Source: the human T2T-CHM13v2.0 reference genome, Homo sapiens. From it: a DNA stretch of 64,000 nt. The stretch lies in the NCBI RefSeq assembly GCF_009914755.1, contig NC_060932.1, one strand, 5' to 3'. The notes under the pieces are model-generated. The model was not told the DNA's origin, ran no database searches, and saw nothing but the letters and a program-made list of their open reading frames with translations. The position numbers were made by a program, and so were the translations under genes. Shown in pieces: positions 62,672 to 64,000 of the stretch (position 1 is the stretch's first letter; each line of letters starts with the position of its first letter).

Positions 62672-64000
62672 GGCCCTGGATCCAGCGCCTCCTTCACCAG
62701 GTGTCTGCTCCCCAGGGGCCCTGGCTCATGGACCAGCCGGCCTCAGGCCAGCTCAGAGGGCGTCCCTGGAGGCTACAGTGGCCGTGTGCTCCCACGCCAG
62801 GCTTGGCCCCCTGTTCCAGGTCCTGCCCCTTGCTGGAGCCCGCAGCACCGCAGCTCGGGACTCTGGCTCTGCCTATGGGCCTCACTGACCCCACTCGGTG
62901 GGGCCAGGCCACGCCAGGGAGTTTATAGGGACTCCACGGCGCGGTGGCTCGCCTGGGCTGAGAGGCTGACTAACGCGCTGACACGGCGGCACGGGGCTTT
63001 ACAGGCCACGGGCCCTGCCGGCGAGACTGGGAGGGAGGCTGAGAAGCTGGAGGAGGCAGCGCAGCAGCCAGAGTGCCTGCTGTGCGCAGCAACGGGCGTG
63101 CCTGGTCCTGCCCTGGGCGGCACCAATGCCCCCCGCCCCCGCCCCATCCCGGCTCCCCCGGTCCCACAGCTGGTCGAGGGAAACTCAAACTGCAGGCCAC
63201 AGGGCCAGGAGCTGCATCCTGGTCGCACTGACCCTCAGGGCCCAGACCCTCCCTGGCCACAGACAACCTGAGCCCAGCTGGCCATGGGAACCCGCAGCCC
63301 ATGCACTCTGGAGGGCTCCAGGGCAGCTAGCACGCCCACAGGAGCCCCGCTGGGGTTTGGTGGAGACAAAGGACCCAGGGACCCGGTGGGAGCTAGGGCA
63401 GGGTTCGGGCCACTGCACTGCGGCTGGCTGGAGAGACTGGGCCCTCAAAGCCCTGCGTGGCACTTTGTGAACTGATGTGGGGCCCCGAGGAAAGTCCTGG
63501 CGGTCATGGAGGTGGGGCGGGGGCTCTTGGTGCCATCCTGGCTGGGGGCTGGCTGTCCTGCACTGCACTGCAACAAGGGCCTGACTGGATCAGAGCTGCC
63601 TTTGGGTCTCCGGGCTGGAGGTGGGGGTGCAGGGCTAGCCCCAAATGCCGGCGTCCTCTGGGCTTCTTGTTGGGAGGGTGGGCTCCAGGTGGCCTCCTCC
63701 CTAGTGTTTCCCCAGCCCGGGGCTGCTGACTCACGCCCACGCCCAGGGCCCCATCCCAGCCGGCTCAGCCACACTGGCCGGACTGGTTTGCCTGGCGCAA
63801 CCCTGCCTGAAGCAGTGCTCCTGCTCCTGTTCAGTCCTAGTCCCAGAAGCTCAGGAGCAGAGGGACAGCCACCTGCCAGGGGAGTGCCGAATTGGACACA
63901 CAGAGACCGGAAAGGGCCTGGGGGAGGGACGTGGCACAAGGTGGGGGACAGTGTCAGGGGTGGGGCAGGGCCAGCAGGCGGCACTGCCAGCCCACAGGGT

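Noticed and set aside
61594-63271. 311-aa and 314-aa + strand ORFs as IQANK1 exons
   Set aside because: No IQ/ankyrin content; they are the antisense shadow of the more coding-like minus-strand exon

Overview
Human (primate) genomic DNA, GC-rich and Alu-dense, recognisable as the 8q24.3 ZNF707-CCDC166-MAPK15-FAM83H-IQANK1 interval. The first ~8.5 kb is a nest of endogenous retroviral relics (Harlequin/LTR2 provirus 3' half with three TSD-flanked Alus, LTR3-like, LTR27-like, solo LTR13). Four genes could be fully reconstructed exon by exon with lengths that close in frame: ZNF707 (+, 371 aa), CCDC166 (-, 439 aa, GC-AG intron), MAPK15 (+, 14 exons, 544 aa) and FAM83H (-, 1179 aa). Also present are MIR4664 and the first coding exon of IQANK1/FAM83H-AS1. 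Main observations: (1) a TATA-driven minus-strand exon at 62084-62671, inside an IQANK1 intron, that would splice in frame onto FAM83H exon 2 to give a ~1380-aa isoform with a coiled-coil N-terminus; (2) a stop-free in-frame GC-AG intron in CCDC166; (3) RFX X-box-like sites at three neighbouring promoters; (4) minisatellites apparently born from L1 relics; (5) an Alu-SVA2 chimera and a young AluYb next to the ZNF707 finger exon. Gene names and repeat subfamilies are from recognition, not database searches.
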